DNA of 64,000 bases from Podarcis gaigeae (Eukaryota), in NCBI GenBank assembly GCA_964106915.2, contig OZ066922.1, one strand, 5' to 3'. Below the pieces are notes generated by a model. The model made no database searches. It saw only the letters and a list, made by a program, of their open reading frames with translations, and had not been told where the DNA came from. Every line of letters starts with the position of its first letter. The stretch's first letter is position 1. Below are positions 24,075 through 37,925 of this stretch, in pieces. Made by a program: the position numbers and the translations under genes.

Positions 24075-25911
24075 GATAGCTTTACGTAGTGGGAAGATAT
24101 AGGCAGAGTACATGTGCTGTGTCCCAAATTCAGCTCCTGGCATCTCCAGCTAAAGGACCAGGTAGCAGATGATGGCAAAAATCTTAGATGCTGGAAAGCT
24201 ACTGCCAATCCAAGTAGAAAATACTGCCCCAGGTGGACCAAGGATCCAGCTGAATAGAGGGTAGATTCCTATATAATGTTCCAGGACCTAGCACAGGGAT
24301 GAGATTGTGCTCTAACAATGAAATTAAATGACTTGTTTCCTTTCCCAGGAAACATTGTTTCAACTTATTCATAGAGAAACACTTGTTTCTCATACAGTTT
24401 GTTTAAGAAAATGTTCCCAGAATAGTCTTCTCAGACTACTACAGTACACCTGTAGAAATCAAAGTCTAGCATAGTCTCCCCCAAGATGATGTTGTCCAGA
24501 TTTCGTTGGACTACAACTCCCATAATTCCTTACCATGTTGGCTGGCTGGTGCTGATGGGATTTGTAGTCCAAATCATTTGGAGGGCACCAACTTATGGAA
24601 GGCTGGTCTAAGAGAAACCACATGGATATGCACCAGATATGACTCTTCTGGTGGTGGGCAGTAGCAGCTGGTGGGATGGCATGACTGGGGTGCTGCTGCT
24701 TTCCAGGCTTCCTGGCACTGTGGGTTGCTGACACTTGTGAGAGGGAGAAGGGGAGAGGAAAGGCATGGGGAGCTTGGTGCAACACGTGGCATCAAGAGCA
24801 TCAGATTGGCTGTGCTGCCACATGCCACACTGCACTGAGTTCCCTATGTCTCACCCCGCTCCCTCTCAGTGACTTGCAGTGTTGGGAAACCAGGAGAGCA
24901 ACAGAGCCCCACCTGTGCCACCCCACTGGCCACTGCTGTATGGAATATAAGGAGCAATGCTTTATACTACAAAGGGACTCAAATGTAACTCAGAAGTAGC
25001 TCATCCTCCAGGCCATGAACAGGCCAAAGTACACCGTGTTTTGCCATCTGTGAGCTGGCAGTACCAGAGCCTGAGTGGCGTCAAAACAGCTGTGTTATTG
25101 AAAGGCAAGCAGGACATGCAAGGGAATGTACTTAGTCTTTTATTCATATAAATGCAATTGATTGTAGTCAACAACTTAAAGTAGGGCGTGATATCTGTGG
25201 AACAGCCTGAGCATCTGGCCTTGACATCTTCTAGTTTCAAATTTCCATACATCACTTCCAATCTATTTTATACTGACATTTGGTTGGAGGATTGTCTGCT
25301 TCCAAAAGCTGGATGTTTGCCCACCTGGTGGCAAGAGAACTTTGTGGGGAGAGCCAGAAGAACAGCAGCTAGGCCTGCAAAGGGAAATATAGGGAGCATA
25401 TGGTTGGGCAAAATTCCTGTACCTTGGACAGACGGAGACTTGTTCTGGGAGGCTCCAGCATCTATGGGCCTGAAACTGAACAGTATATATATTTTTCAGC
25501 TTAGATTTTTCCATTAACACATTAGAAAAGCTCTCACTAATGAATGGCCCAGTCTGCCTAATGAGTTTCCTGTCCCCACCCTTCAACTTCATATTTGTCT
25601 TCTCCCAGACAAGACATGGAAGCATTTTTAATAAGAAACTATCAAGGAAGTGTTGCATTTACATCCATAGATAAGTCCTATTTATCTATATATTACGTAA
25701 TAACAATTTAGACATTGCCAAAAAAAAAAGAAGAAAAGCGTCACCAGAAATGAGAAGAAAGGAGGGTAGATTTGTGAGATTTTTGCATATGCTAATTTAT
25801 ATGTAGAAATGCAAATTTAGAAATAATCAATATTATGCCAGAGATAGTGGAGAAGACTGTGTGTCTGCTCAATCTGCTGTTCAGGTGCTAACTGTTGATG
25901 GGCATTTCCAC

Positions 25912-26135
25912 GAAGAGCCAGTTTGGTGTAGTGGTTAAGAGCGGTAGTTTCCGCTCCTCCACATGCAGCTGCTGGGTGACCTTGGGCCAGTCACACTTCT
26001 CTGATGTCTCTCAGCCCCACTCACCTCACAGACTGTTTGTTGTGGGGGAGGAAGAGAAAGGAGAATGTTAGCCGCTTTGAGACTCCTTCGGGTAGTGATA
26101 AAGCGGGATATCAAATCCAAACTCTTCTTCTCCTC
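25912..26135 (+). mobile_element. MIR/CORE-like tRNA SINE
   Basis: A-box TGGTGTAGTGGTTAAGAGC, core GGGTGACCTTGGGCCAGTCAC, CTT/CTC-rich tail. Confidence 0.75.
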
Positions 26136-28559
26136 CTCCTCCCTTTTATTATAGTTATTTACATTGAAATTGGATTTGACCTTCAATTAGATGATGCCTT
26201 CAAATAAAAAAAACTACCTTATGAGATATCTTCAAAAGAGACTAAATGCTTTTGTACACATATCAATTAGTGTAAAGGCACAACTAGATGTGATGCTGAA
26301 GTTCAGTTCTAGAACAAGAAGACTTCCCACCAACTTTCAAAAAGGCAATAGTAGCTACGTGGGTCCAAACAGGATCACAGCTGATAATGGGAGATAGGTG
26401 TGGTGGTCAACCCTTTCTTTCTGTCCTGTTTTCCCTATTAAAATTGCCTCTCCCAAAGCTGCTATTTGCCTTATGGGGGAAATCGTGCCATCATCACCCC
26501 AAGCCTGTCCTTCACTTAAAAAGCAAACAAGAGATCTTTATTACCCATCTCCCATGTGACATTTAGTATGGCCTTAACGTGGCATTTTCTTTAATGCTGG
26601 CATTTGGTGAACCAGATTGTTTAGTGAGAGCAATGTAACCCTCTACTGGAGTGCTAAATTATGCCTAGGAGACCTAAGTTCAAATCAAAAATTGCCCTTA
26701 ATGTTGCTGGTTATCTGTTAGCAGACCATTAGTCTCAGGATGAAGACATGCCCTACATTCCAAGTGTGGTGAAAATAGTATTGACGCAGATTCTCTGCCT
26801 TGAAAAACAAATGCCTCAGAATGTGGTGTATGTGTATTTAAACCACTCCTTCCATATTTTAGGTCCGTTTTCATCCAAACAGGCCTACAGTACAAAATAG
26901 GGACCAGAAATTCCTATACTGGAAAGAGATGGTGTGGAAGATAACAATAGTAAATATACTGCATATGAATATTTATGATTTATTATCAACACTCCATTAG
27001 GTTTTTAAAAGGTGAACTAGATCCATAATCATTCAGATTATTTTTTAAAAAGGTACGTATAATGATGTTCTAATGACTGCTGTGTCAACCAAACTGGAAA
27101 TAGAATATCAACAGCATTGTCTATTCTAATTTATGGCTTTTAAAATGTGTTTTGTGTCTCTCTGTGTATGACACAATTCAGGGACATAGGCTGCAGTTCT
27201 GTTCACTCTGACCTAGGAGTAAATCCTACTCAATTTAATAGGTCTTACTTCCAAGTAGACATTCAGAGACTCATTCTGTTGAGCTGCTTACCTGGGATTC
27301 AGCTCCATTGAACACAGTGGGGTTTACTTCTGCTCCTGTGTGTGCACAGCACTTTCCTGCTGCTTAATCTGAATTCACTTCAAGACAACCTGAGCATTCA
27401 TTGCACAAAGTTTGTGAGCATGTTGAATGAGAATTGCCATGTACTGAGCATTCATTCCTATTTGTTTCTAGATATATTAGAGGATGACACTTCTCAGTGC
27501 ATTTTCCCGACACTTTCTGCACCATAAAGTTCAATTTTTGGAGGAAGCAGGATTATTTTGCAAGAGCTCAAAAGCAAGTTTAATTTGTGCAGCCAGAATT
27601 TGTTGGCAAGTGTCGGAATCTTGGCCGAAAACAGGGACTGTCTGAAAGTGCCATGACTCATCATGGCCTTTCTTCTATGCCTTCAAAAGAAAGACAGGGA
27701 GATAGAAAACACTGGACATTACATATAATTTTAGATTAAAGAATATGATTTGAGTAACTTTATTTGGCTAGGATAACTTAACTTTATGAGACACCCTCAT
27801 TTTGTCTCTATAATCATGAGTATGTATTCATCACCACTCAACCATTGGCAGTTGGGTTAGTAAAGTAAGACTGGCACAGTTAGTACACAGTGTATTCTCC
27901 AAATGCAAACTCACAAAAGCACTATAGTCTCATTAGAGAGGGTCATGTTGCTGCCACCTGTCTGATGACAAAAAGGGGTTTAATCTATAATGGATAAGTA
28001 AGTTCTTGTAGACTCTCAGTCCCAATGCTATTTCTCATGGCTGCATGTCATCTATTTTATGTGAGCTTCTGATCCATTCTGACAAGATCTTATATATGTT
28101 GCCCATAAAGGTCAAAGCTGCTTCTCGCTGACAAATGAAAATATTGGTGTTTAGAAAAATGACACCCATAATAGGTTAATCTAATCTTTATCAGCCGAGT
28201 TTGATAGAATGTTCTCAAGAAATGACTGGGGATATTCATAGGAAGCACCACCAGGTTTCTGAAAAGCCTGGATCAAGTTTCCCTTTTTAAAGGCAATAAA
28301 GTTAATCAATGCAATGTCTGAAAAAAATATTGCAGGATCAAGGTGAATGGCAAGTTTTTAGAGTGATGGTTTTATTTTAAATTAGTCTATCCAAGTCTTT
28401 GCAAAACTGAGCCCTCATCAGTCAGGCTTTTCAGAACATCAGTTTTATATCTGTTGCGTGATAAAATAAATAAATTGAGGTGGATATTTTCATATACACT
28501 GGAAAACTTAGTCAAGTTTACAATAGCCCTTCAGAAATCTGTAGAGCATAGTTTTACCA

Positions 28560-28682
28560 GGCTGGATAGCTCAGTTGGTTGGAGAATGGTGTTGGCAGTG
28601 CCAAGGTTGCAGGTTTGATCCCCATATGGGACAGCTGCATTGTTGGGGGTTGGACTAGATGATCCTTAGGGTCCCTTCTAAG
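28560..28682 (+). mobile_element. Short tRNA-derived SINE with CR1-like tail
   Basis: A-box TAGCTCAGTTGG, B-box GGTTTGATCCC; tail GGGGTTGGACTAGATGATCCTTAGGGTCCCTTC matches the CR1 3' UTR at 8975-9030. Confidence 0.75.
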
Positions 28683-31601
28683 TGATGACACATGTAGTGC
28701 TTGACAAATCATGGTAATGAACTTGGTGAAACATCTAACACCAACTGGTGGAGGTGATTTGAGGTGCATCAAATTGCAATGACTATCAACTTGAACTGAG
28801 CTGCAACCACCTCCTGCATTTAAGTCATTCTAGTTCTGGACAATGAAATGAGAGGCATTGTACTCGACTTCAACCTACAGCCCAATCTACTGACACCCAT
28901 CTGGACCCTCTTAGCTTTCATTCTCAAACAAAGATGGCTTTCTTCTGTTCAGACCCCTGACATAAAGTTACAGCATCATAGGATAACAAGAAATCAGAAT
29001 CTGGAAAAAAAATATGTCTAAATGACAGATGGGAAGTAGGCTTGTTATCCATGAAGATTACTGTTAAAAAAGCAACACCTATAAAATTGTTATGCCCAGT
29101 TTAATTTGAAAATTGAGTCTTTATAGCATGTCGTGCAGTCATGTTTCTTGAAAAAGACAAGCAATGAGAAATTGTCCTCCTCTGCCTTCCTTCTGTCATC
29201 ACATTTCAACTTGATTTTGTGTAAAACAGTAAAATTATTTGATGAAATATTATACATTATAGAGGGTGCTAAGAAAATGTTGAAAATAAACTATGCCTCA
29301 TCTCTTTTAGGACTGAAGGTTGCGATATCCATAATTTTACATCTAACTGCAATTCATAAACATTTAAGAAGAAACAAAATATGGGGGCCAATTGAACAAT
29401 ACAAAATGACATCATTTATTGCCATACATAAACATATGCCAGCAGTTCAATTCTGAAATGACCTCCATGGCTGTGGAAATGCAGTTCCAGAGAGTACGCA
29501 CACATACAAACACACATGGCCCAAATGGATCTGAATACAGACACTGAGTTACACATGACAGCCACTTTATTGCAAGCTGTCTCAAAGCATCTGATTATTT
29601 AAATCCAGTTCAAGGGTATAGTGGCAATAGGGAACCCAACTGTATCAGCAATTTGTTTTTTTTGGGGGGGCAGTATATTCACTCTCATTCTAAGAGAATT
29701 CTGCAGGAATACACCTTTAGGGTCATGAACATTATAGCAGGAGTGAAGGAGAGGGTTCTGTGGCTCGTAGGAAAAAACAAGAATCAGCAATATTGCCATT
29801 GCAGTAGCTTGCTCCAAAACCTAGCGGTTAAGAGTCTCACAGATGCCATTTTGTATTGTATTGTAATCTGCGTTTTAATAAAGCGAAGTGACACACCACC
29901 AACTTCAGGCAATTTCAACCCCATCTTCTCCCCCTTTTACTGGCTTGAGAATTCAGTTCTTTCCTCATCAAACGAAGTGTCTAGATTCCAGTTGCTTTTT
30001 TAAAAAAAATAAACCACAATATATCCATATGGTAATAACAACGGCACTCTGAGGGGGTTTAGGACTGCAAGTTCCTTCCTTTGTCTCCCAGGCATTATAA
30101 TAAAACTAGAAGCTGAACTGGTCTCTGTTCAGCAAGAAAAAAACAGCAGTGAGAAAGTATGGATACCCAGCTGTGGGGAAAATTAAGCAATGAATTGAAA
30201 TAATGGTAGAAAATTACTCCAAATGAGCCTTGATCACAGCCACAAGGCTGAGAATCCCGAGCGCCATATTTGCATTCTCATGAATGTACATTAACGTATT
30301 GTTGTGTACCCCGGTCTTTAGTTGTGTATTAACTTTATCAGATTTAAGTGTTTGTGATACCTCACCAAGCATGAAATGTAGTTACTTGGTTGCACCTGTT
30401 CATAATAATCAGATTCCATATTCATGAAAGCAAAGAAATATGTTGAGCAGCCATATGCATGAAGAGTGATCATTACGACAGACTTTTCTCACAGCTTCCC
30501 AAATGTTGTTCTGGGAATGATTCACAGGCTGTGAGGAAGCAAGCACTTATTAAAAAGCAGAAGACACTTTGCAAAAAAATATGTCCAGGTGATTCTGATT
30601 CACTTAGTGAAGGTAATAAATTGCTGCCTTGTTTGCAGATGGGATGCCCCCTCTGCACAGTAATTAGGGATTATGCCAGGTGGAATAGAACACTACTTAA
30701 GGTGAAAAGTTCGTGTCAAATGACATGACAACTGTTCACTGATTTTGAAAGAGGAAGTGCCCCAGGGGAATGTACATACATACATTGCATGTTTTAAGAA
30801 CCTGATCTTTACAAAGTCTGATCTGAACTTACCTGACCTGAGTTATTCAGCAGGGTTTGGGATTGTCCATTTTAACTCCTGCCTCACAAAACATATAGAA
30901 TACATTTTGAAAATGAGTATATTTTAAGAGTAAACACATTTAGAAATGCATGTTCTGAGAGAAAACATGTTTAAAAGTACATATGAAAGCATGTATATAA
31001 CTATGAATTTCCGTGAAGATTCTTTTTAAAAATTCAGATTAAACTGAAAAAGAGAGAACAGAATGAATTTGTAAGTGTATAAATGAACAATTGAGGCTGA
31101 ACTTGTGCTCATATACTAGGAAATAAAGAAATAAATGGAAAATGTTGATGGGTTGATTAGCACCATATCACACCCCACAAGTGTCCCAGAAAAAAAAATG
31201 TGACATGTTGTGTTGTTTTTTTATCACAAGAGAATGGCATTCATGTGGTTGCTGTGATCTCACACTACACCCCCCCCCCCGAATAAAGGGATTTCACACA
31301 CCATTCCTGAAAAAGCACTTTTGAGGGGAGAACCACAGCATGAAATTGCTCAAGATCATGGGAAACAAAATGTCCACTGTGCTCTCCTAATAATAAATAA
31401 ATAAATAAATAAATAAATAGGAAGATGACATCCTGGATGTGGGCTTCAAAGTGTTGGAGAGTATGCCATATTTATTCCCATTTCTTTATCAACCCCAGTC
31501 CCTTTGCCGCTGTGGAGATCTAAATGGGTAAATATCTCACAATGGCATGAAGATCAAGGGGTAGTCAAAATCAGAGCCCTTTGAAAGGTTTGCCAATGTT
31601 T

Positions 31602-32395
31602 TAGTGGTTAGAGTGCTGGACTAGGACATGGGAGTTCAAATCGCCACTCAGCCATGAAGCTCACTGGGTGACCCTGGCCAAGCTTGTTGTTGTTGTTTAG
31701 TCGTTTAGTCGTGTCCAACTCTTCATGACCCCATGGACCAGAGCACGCCAGGCACTCCTGTCTTCCACTGCCTCCCACAGTTTGGTCAAGCTCATGCTGG
31801 TAGCTTCGAGAACACTGTCCAACCATCTTGTCCTCTGTCGTCCCCTTCTCCTTGTGCCCTCAATCTTTCCCAACATCAGGGTCTTTTCCAGGGAGTCTTC
31901 TCTTCTCATGAGGTGGCCAAAGTATTGGAGCCTCAGCTTCACGATCTGTCCTTCTAGTGAGCACTCAGGGCTAATTTCCTTCAGAATAGATAGGTTTGAT
32001 CTTCTTGCAGTCCATGGGACTCTCAAGAGTCTCCTCCAGCACCATAATTCAAAAACATCAATTCTTTAGCGATCAGCCTTCTTTATGGTCCAGCTCTCAC
32101 TTCCATACAGCACTACTGGGAAAACCATAGCTTTAACTATATGGACCTTTGTTGGCAAGGAGATTTCTCTGCTTTTTTAAGATGTTGTCTAGGTTTATCA
32201 TTGCTTTCCTCCCAAGAAGCAGGCATTTTTTAATTTTGTGACTGCTGTCACCATCTGCAGTGACCTGGCCAAGCTACTCTCAGACTAACGTATCTCACAG
32301 GGTTGTTGTGGGGATTAAATGAGGAGGAGAAGCATGTCCACCATCTTGAGCTCTGGATAAAAGGTGGCACATTAATGCAATAAATAAAATAAATA
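31602..32395 (+). mobile_element. MIR/CORE-like SINE split by a Bov-B insertion
   Basis: Head TAGTGGTTAGAGTGCTGGAC…GGGTGACC; resumes at 32276 …CTCACAGGGTTGTTGTG…; AATA tail. Confidence 0.75.
31685..32263 (-). mobile_element. Bov-B (RTE) LINE, 5'-truncated
   Basis: RVPWTARRSNLSILKEISPECSLEG…KLRLQYFGHLMRREDSLEKTLMLGKIEG…; (CAA)n tail; 12-bp TSD CCTGGCCAAGCT 31673-31684 / 32264-32275. Confidence 0.95.
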
Positions 32396-33797
32396 TGTTC
32401 TGCCCAACAGCTTTACGGCAGCTTTTTCCATACCCTTAACATTAATGAAACCTTCAAAGACACTGGATTCTAGCCTGGTTTTCATCTCGCTATGGGTATC
32501 TCAGGTGAGAATACAGGCTTTGGGAACAGTTAAAATTGGCTGCACCACCCCCAGCACCCCAACTTCTCCACCATTCTTGTGGGTTTGAAATAGTAAAACT
32601 TCAATATTAAAAAAAAAAAAAAAACATTTCCAGTGACTGCAGTGCTCTACTTCTGTCATGGGTAAGTCCTGTTTGTCTGAAAAGCTATTAATGCGGTGTC
32701 ATATTTTAATTATGTACGATTTGTGCAACATGATTCCGTAGTTCAAACTCAAAAATCATTAACCTGCATAATGGAGAAAATGTCACCAGAGTATACATGA
32801 GTGAAAGCAAACATGTCCGGATTTCTCAGGAAACTGCTAATTCTTTTTGATAAGGTTTCAGGATATAATAAGTAGCTAGGATTGGAAGTCAAGATGTGGT
32901 ATCTGCTGCTTTGCTTGCAGAGCCGATTCACAAAGCCACTGTAAATGGAAGTTATAAATAAAGTTACCTTATTTATAGCAATGTACAACACATCTCCTTG
33001 ATAGTTGTTTTTTTACTGTGCGACACTGGTGAGAGCCAGTTCAAGTTACTGAAGTGCCATGATAGATGCTTCCCTGTGGCTTCATCCCAGGTTGGAGAAG
33101 AACAAATAATATGAGGGCTAATTCAGCTTCCATTGACATTTTGTTTTTGTTTTTTTATGGAGTACACCATCTAAAACTGATCTCTAGTTTTGCTAATAAA
33201 AACATTTCTGTGTTTCTCTTTACTGCTGTTCTCTGCTGCAAGGAATACTGGCATCAGTGAGGTCTGAGTGAAGACACTGTTTGCATGGGGGACTGTTGGA
33301 AGCTACCCACCTGTCAATCACACAGACTCTGAAATCATTTTGGAGTCACATGATTAAGAGGGGGTTGCTCCACCAACCTGTCAAAAACCCTTGCATAGGG
33401 TTCTGAAGCACTTGACAACCATCTGGCTTGGGAACTTTCTCACAAGGCACCTTGCTAACTCTATGCTTGGTGTGGTGGAAAGTACTGAGTGTAGGGCTGG
33501 CTTCTTTCCTCCCTCACCATCAAGGCTGAAGGAGAAAGAAACCTGCATTTCATAGGCTTTGCTGCATGCAAAGGAAGTCCTGTGGGTAGGGGCAGCTAGA
33601 GGGATTTCTTACTTGCTTGTGGGGGTGGGAGACAGGACTGGTTTATTTGGTTGCGTATGCCTATTCTCAACTGGCAAAACTGTGTGGAATTTAATTCCCC
33701 TTCCAAATCTATGTTCCCTTCACAGAGCCACAAATTACAGAGTGATTTAACAATCAAGTCATCTTCCTAGGGATTCTAGCAAGTGTAGCTCTGTGAC

Positions 33798-34151
33798 GGG
33801 AATAGGGTGGCACTGTGGTCTAAACCACAGAGCCTAGGGCTTGCCAGTCGGAAGGTCGGCAGTTTGAATCCCCGCAAAGGGTGAGCTCAGTCCCTGCTCC
33901 TGCCAACCTAGCAGTTCGAAAGCACGTCATGTGCAAGTAGATAAATAGGTACCTCTCCGGCAGGAAGGTAAATGGCGTTTCTGTGCACTGCTCTGGTTCA
34001 CCAGAAGCGGCTTAGTCATGCTGGCCACATGACCTGGAAAAACTTTCTGCGGACAAACACAGGCCTTGGCCTATAGAGCGAGATGAGCATGCAACCTCAG
34101 AGTCATCCATGACTGGACCTAGTGGTCAGGGGTATGTTTACCTTTACCTTT
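33798..34151 (+). mobile_element. Sauria SINE, inserted in an old MITE (~33745-37295)
   Basis: Standard head, core and ACCTTT tail; the flanks match the uninterrupted MITE at ~61900-62058. Confidence 0.9.
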
Positions 34152-34513
34152 AACAACCCTCAACACCCTTAACTAACTACAGTTCCCAGGATACTTTGTG
34201 GGGAGTCACACCTGCTTAATGTAGTATAATATTAATTTATATTGTTATAAGTTGGGGGCGGGCAAGGCTTACCTAAAATATCTGGATTCCGTAAAGTAGT
34301 TAGAATTTAAGCAAACCCCACAATTTCTGGTTTTAGTCAATGTGGGACTTTAATCAATGGATTTAGCAGTGTGAAAATACAGGCTGGACTTGTTTTCCTG
34401 AACAGAGAATCACCTAGGAATGGGCCGCTATGAAACAAAGCCATTAAGAAAGTCTTCAACATGTCATAAGACTCTCTGCTGGGCACAGAGAGTTGACACC
34501 CTGCCCTAAATTC

Positions 34514-35546
34514 TAGATAGATAGATAGATAGATTCTTTATTGTCATTACACAAGTGCAACATTGCACAAGTGCAACGAAATTGGATGCCATCCCTTAAA
34601 AACAACAAAAGCAACACAACAACAACAACCAAACAAACCACATTCTAGCCACACCCACACCCACACCCATCAAACTCCCAGGTCACACTATCGAGTTACT
34701 GCATTTAAGAAGGCCACAGCTCTTGGATAGAAACTATTTTTCAGTCTATTTGTCCTTGACTTGATGTTTCTGTATCTCCTGCCAGAAGGCAGTAGTACAA
34801 ACAGACTGTGTCCCGGGTGAGATGCATCCTGCAGGATATTGTTTGCTTTCCTAAGACAACGGGAACCGTACAGTTCTTCCAAAGATGGGAGGGGATGACC
34901 AATAATCCTTTGGGCTGTGGTTATGACCTTCTGGAGCACCTTCCTCTTCCTAGCTGTACAGCTGGAGAACCAGGCACAAATACAGTATGTGAGAATGCTC
35001 TCTATGGAGCCTCGGTAGAAGGACACCAGCAGTCTCTCACTCAGATTGTTCTTCTTTAAAAGTCTGAGGAAATAAATTCTCTGCTGGGCCTTCTTCACCA
35101 GAGCAGTGGTATTTGCGCTCCAAGTCATGCCCTGATCGATAGTCACTCCCAAAAACCTGAATTCCGCCACCCTCTCCACCCGTTCCCCGTTGATATACAA
35201 GGGCTGAATGTCCGCCTTTTTTTTCCTGTAATCCACCACCAATTCCTTGGTCTTAGTCGTATTAAGAGCCAGATTGTTCTCTTCACACCAAGCACAAAGC
35301 CGCTCCACCTCCTGAAATGAGCCCCACCACCGTAGTGTCATCAGCAAACTTGATGATTTTGTTGCTGGAATAAATGGCTGTACAATCATACGTATAGAGA
35401 GTATAGAGCAGGGGACTCAACACACAACCCTGTGGTGAGCCGGTGTTAAGGCTAAGGGCTGTGGACATATGTGACCCTACTCTAACCCTCTGAGAACGTT
35501 CTGACAAAAAGTCCAAAACCCAGAGACAGGTGGAGTTGGTGGGTAA
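34514..35546 (-). mobile_element. Rex1/Babar-clade LINE, 5'-truncated RT, with a small internal deletion/frameshift
   Basis: TGSPQGCVLSPLLYTLYT, IKFADDTTVVGLIS, WCEENNLALNTTKTKELVVD, FRFLGV, KKAQQRIYFLR, LLPSGRRYR…KNSFYPRA; 3' end AATGACAATAAAG + (TATC)n. Confidence 0.9.
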
Positions 35547-35772
35547 TTAGCAAAAGATAATCCCAGATTTAGAAGGGAATTTTTTTCTAGGATTGCAGTG
35601 GGCAATGAGGTAAGCAAACAGGGGAAAAAATGTCCCTGAACACAAGGCAGACAGTCTGTTTTATGCTGCAGAGAAGGTCAGACATGATGCTTGGGGTCCC
35701 TTGAAATCTGAGGGTGCAGCAATAGGAGGAAGAGGACACCAGCTGTATATGTGTGTAAATAAACCATATATC

Positions 35773-37135
35773 AAATTATATTATGAAGTATCCTGTATCT
35801 GTTGGCTTAAAGAATGGATGAGTCTGAAGAATATCTTAGATCTGGAAGGTTATGATAATAGATTTGAGTGGCATACATATTTGTGGTATGAAAAAACGAG
35901 GGTGCATAAGGGCTTCTTGAATCATATTGCTAGATGATCATTATACTCTATATGGGTAAAGTATAGGAATCTATTAGAAAAGAAGACCCCATGGTGAATA
36001 TCACCACTAAAAATGTTCTCAGCTAAGAAATTAAATATGGAAAAAGAATGGATAACATATAGAGAGTTGTGGGTGGAGGAGGGAAATCAGAAACTGAAAA
36101 AATATGAGAATATAAGATATTTACTTACTGATTGGCTCCAATATCATCAACTAAATGATATTTTTTTAAATGGATAAAGGAGTGGGGTTTAGGAATGAAT
36201 TATCAAGATTACAAAAAGATCTCTTGGAAAACAATGAAAAGGTTCTGTCAAAAGTATATAAAATGTTGCTGGAACGGGAGACAAAAGATGAAGTAAAATC
36301 GGTAATGATACACTGGGCAAAAGATGTGGGTCATAATATAAAGTTTGATTCATGGGGAAAGTTGTGGAAAGTGGACCTACAATTTACTGCTTGCTGTTTG
36401 TTAAAAGAGAATTATATGAAAATGATGAACTTAACTCCTACAAGAATTGCAAACAATGTATTTAAAAATGTCTGATTTATGTTGGAAATGTAAAGAGAAT
36501 GAGGGTATATTTTATCATATATGGTGGACCTGTGAATCAGCAAAGGCCTTCTGGGAAATGAAGTACAATGAGCTAAAAAAAATGTTTAAAATATCTTTTG
36601 TTTAAAAAACCCAGAGGCTTTTCTATTAGGTATAATAGGAGAAGAAATACCGAAGGAGAAAAAGGTCCTATTTATTTATGCGATGACAGTGGCAAGAATG
36701 TTATATGCCATGGGATGGAATGAAGGAAGAACTCCATAGAAAGAAGAATGGATATTGAAACTGATGCACTATGCTGAAATGGCAAAATTGACCAGGAAGA
36801 TTAGACACCAAGAGGACAATAAATTTAGAAATGAATGGATTAATTTTATAGAATATATGACGGAGTATTGTAAACATTTAAAAACGTTAGCAGGATTGGA
36901 TTAGCACTTGTAATATCATTTGATAGAGGGTATTGAAAAAGGAGATTTAATAGTTTGGATAAAAGTGTTTAGTCGCAGAAAAGAGAAGAGACAATTATTA
37001 GAAACTGGGAAGAGGAGTGGGGGTGGGAGTCTGGGGATCGGAAAACCCCTATAAAGATACTGAATTTGTTTATGCATTAATGCCAATAATACTGTATGTT
37101 AAAAAAAAAAGTAAAATAATATATATATAAATAAA
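35773..37135 (+). mobile_element. L1-clade LINE 3' fragment
   Basis: KLYYE…WLKEW…DLEG…WHTYLWY; VKSVMIHWAKD…LKENYMKM; CWKC…HIWWTC. 17-bp TSD TAAATAAACCATATATC 35756-35772 / 37136-37152. Confidence 0.9.
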
Positions 37136-37885
37136 TAAATAAACCATATATCCTAAAGACACCATAGACTCTGCTGTGCCTCATTGTCCCAAATGGGAAC
37201 ATAGACCTTGGTAAGCATGCCTGCAACCCCTAGAATCTCACACTACTCGTGGAGATTGGGGTGACGTGTAACAATATGTATAGGTCAGAAGGGGTCTATG
37301 TAGCATTTTTCTTTTCAGATTCCCTTGACAGTGGATGATTTCTTTTCTTCCTTGCCTCCCTTTTTCTTTTTGACACAGTTTCAGAAAATTGATTTGGAAT
37401 GTTTTCTGTCTAACACATGATCTTACACCAAAGCCTTGTACTCCTTAGCTTATTAGAAGCAGCAAGTATTTAGTGAAAATCTGAGACAGTTTGGTAGACT
37501 AATTATAACATGCCATTTCGATTCTCTGACATTATAGTTTGCTTGAAGGCGGGTATTCACAGCAAGGGAAAACAATTAGATACCACAATATTACAACACC
37601 AACTCACCAACTCGTCTCTTTTGCGTCACTTTTAAAATAATGTGCTATTAAAATCATATGTAATTCAGATAGCAAACTTTGGATTCAGATTTCTGTGGGA
37701 CTAAAGTGTAAAGCAGGCCCTGTTATATTTTTTTAAAACTTCCTATAGTTTCAGAAGGCCTGTCCTCTATGTCCTAGTTAGATCTCAAATTACCTTGTTC
37801 CTTTTCGGTATCTTCCCTTGTATTTTTGTAGGATATTACATGCAACTGAATGTCTGAAGCAACCCTCGGGCAGAGAGCCAATTCT

Positions 37886-37886
<1 letters not shown>

Positions 37887-37925
<39 letters not shown>
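37887..37925. repeat. (AC)n microsatellite
   Basis: Dinucleotide run. Confidence 0.95.

Larger units (their letters stand above)
34243..37273 (+). mobile_element. Solo LTR (~0.6 kb net) containing Rex1/Babar and L1 insertions
   Basis: TGTTATA…TGTAACA termini; 4-bp TSD ATAT (34239-34242, 37274-37277); AATAAA at 35758; host MITE sequence resumes after 37277. Confidence 0.7.

Noticed and set aside
23771-24241. 156-aa ORF as a standalone gene with its listed start
   Set aside because: The first 56 codons come from an adjacent antisense SINE and flank outside the TSD; only the LTR-internal 100 codons are treated as meaningful.
28560-28640. tRNA gene (also similar heads at 15633, 25912, 43912, 51665)
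   Set aside because: A/B boxes are present but there is no cloverleaf, and they continue into SINE bodies or LINE-derived tails.
31725-32069. Antisense ORFs over Bov-B (also 44626-45240) and over Sauria SINEs
   Set aside because: Shadow frames of repeats, reproduced in each copy.
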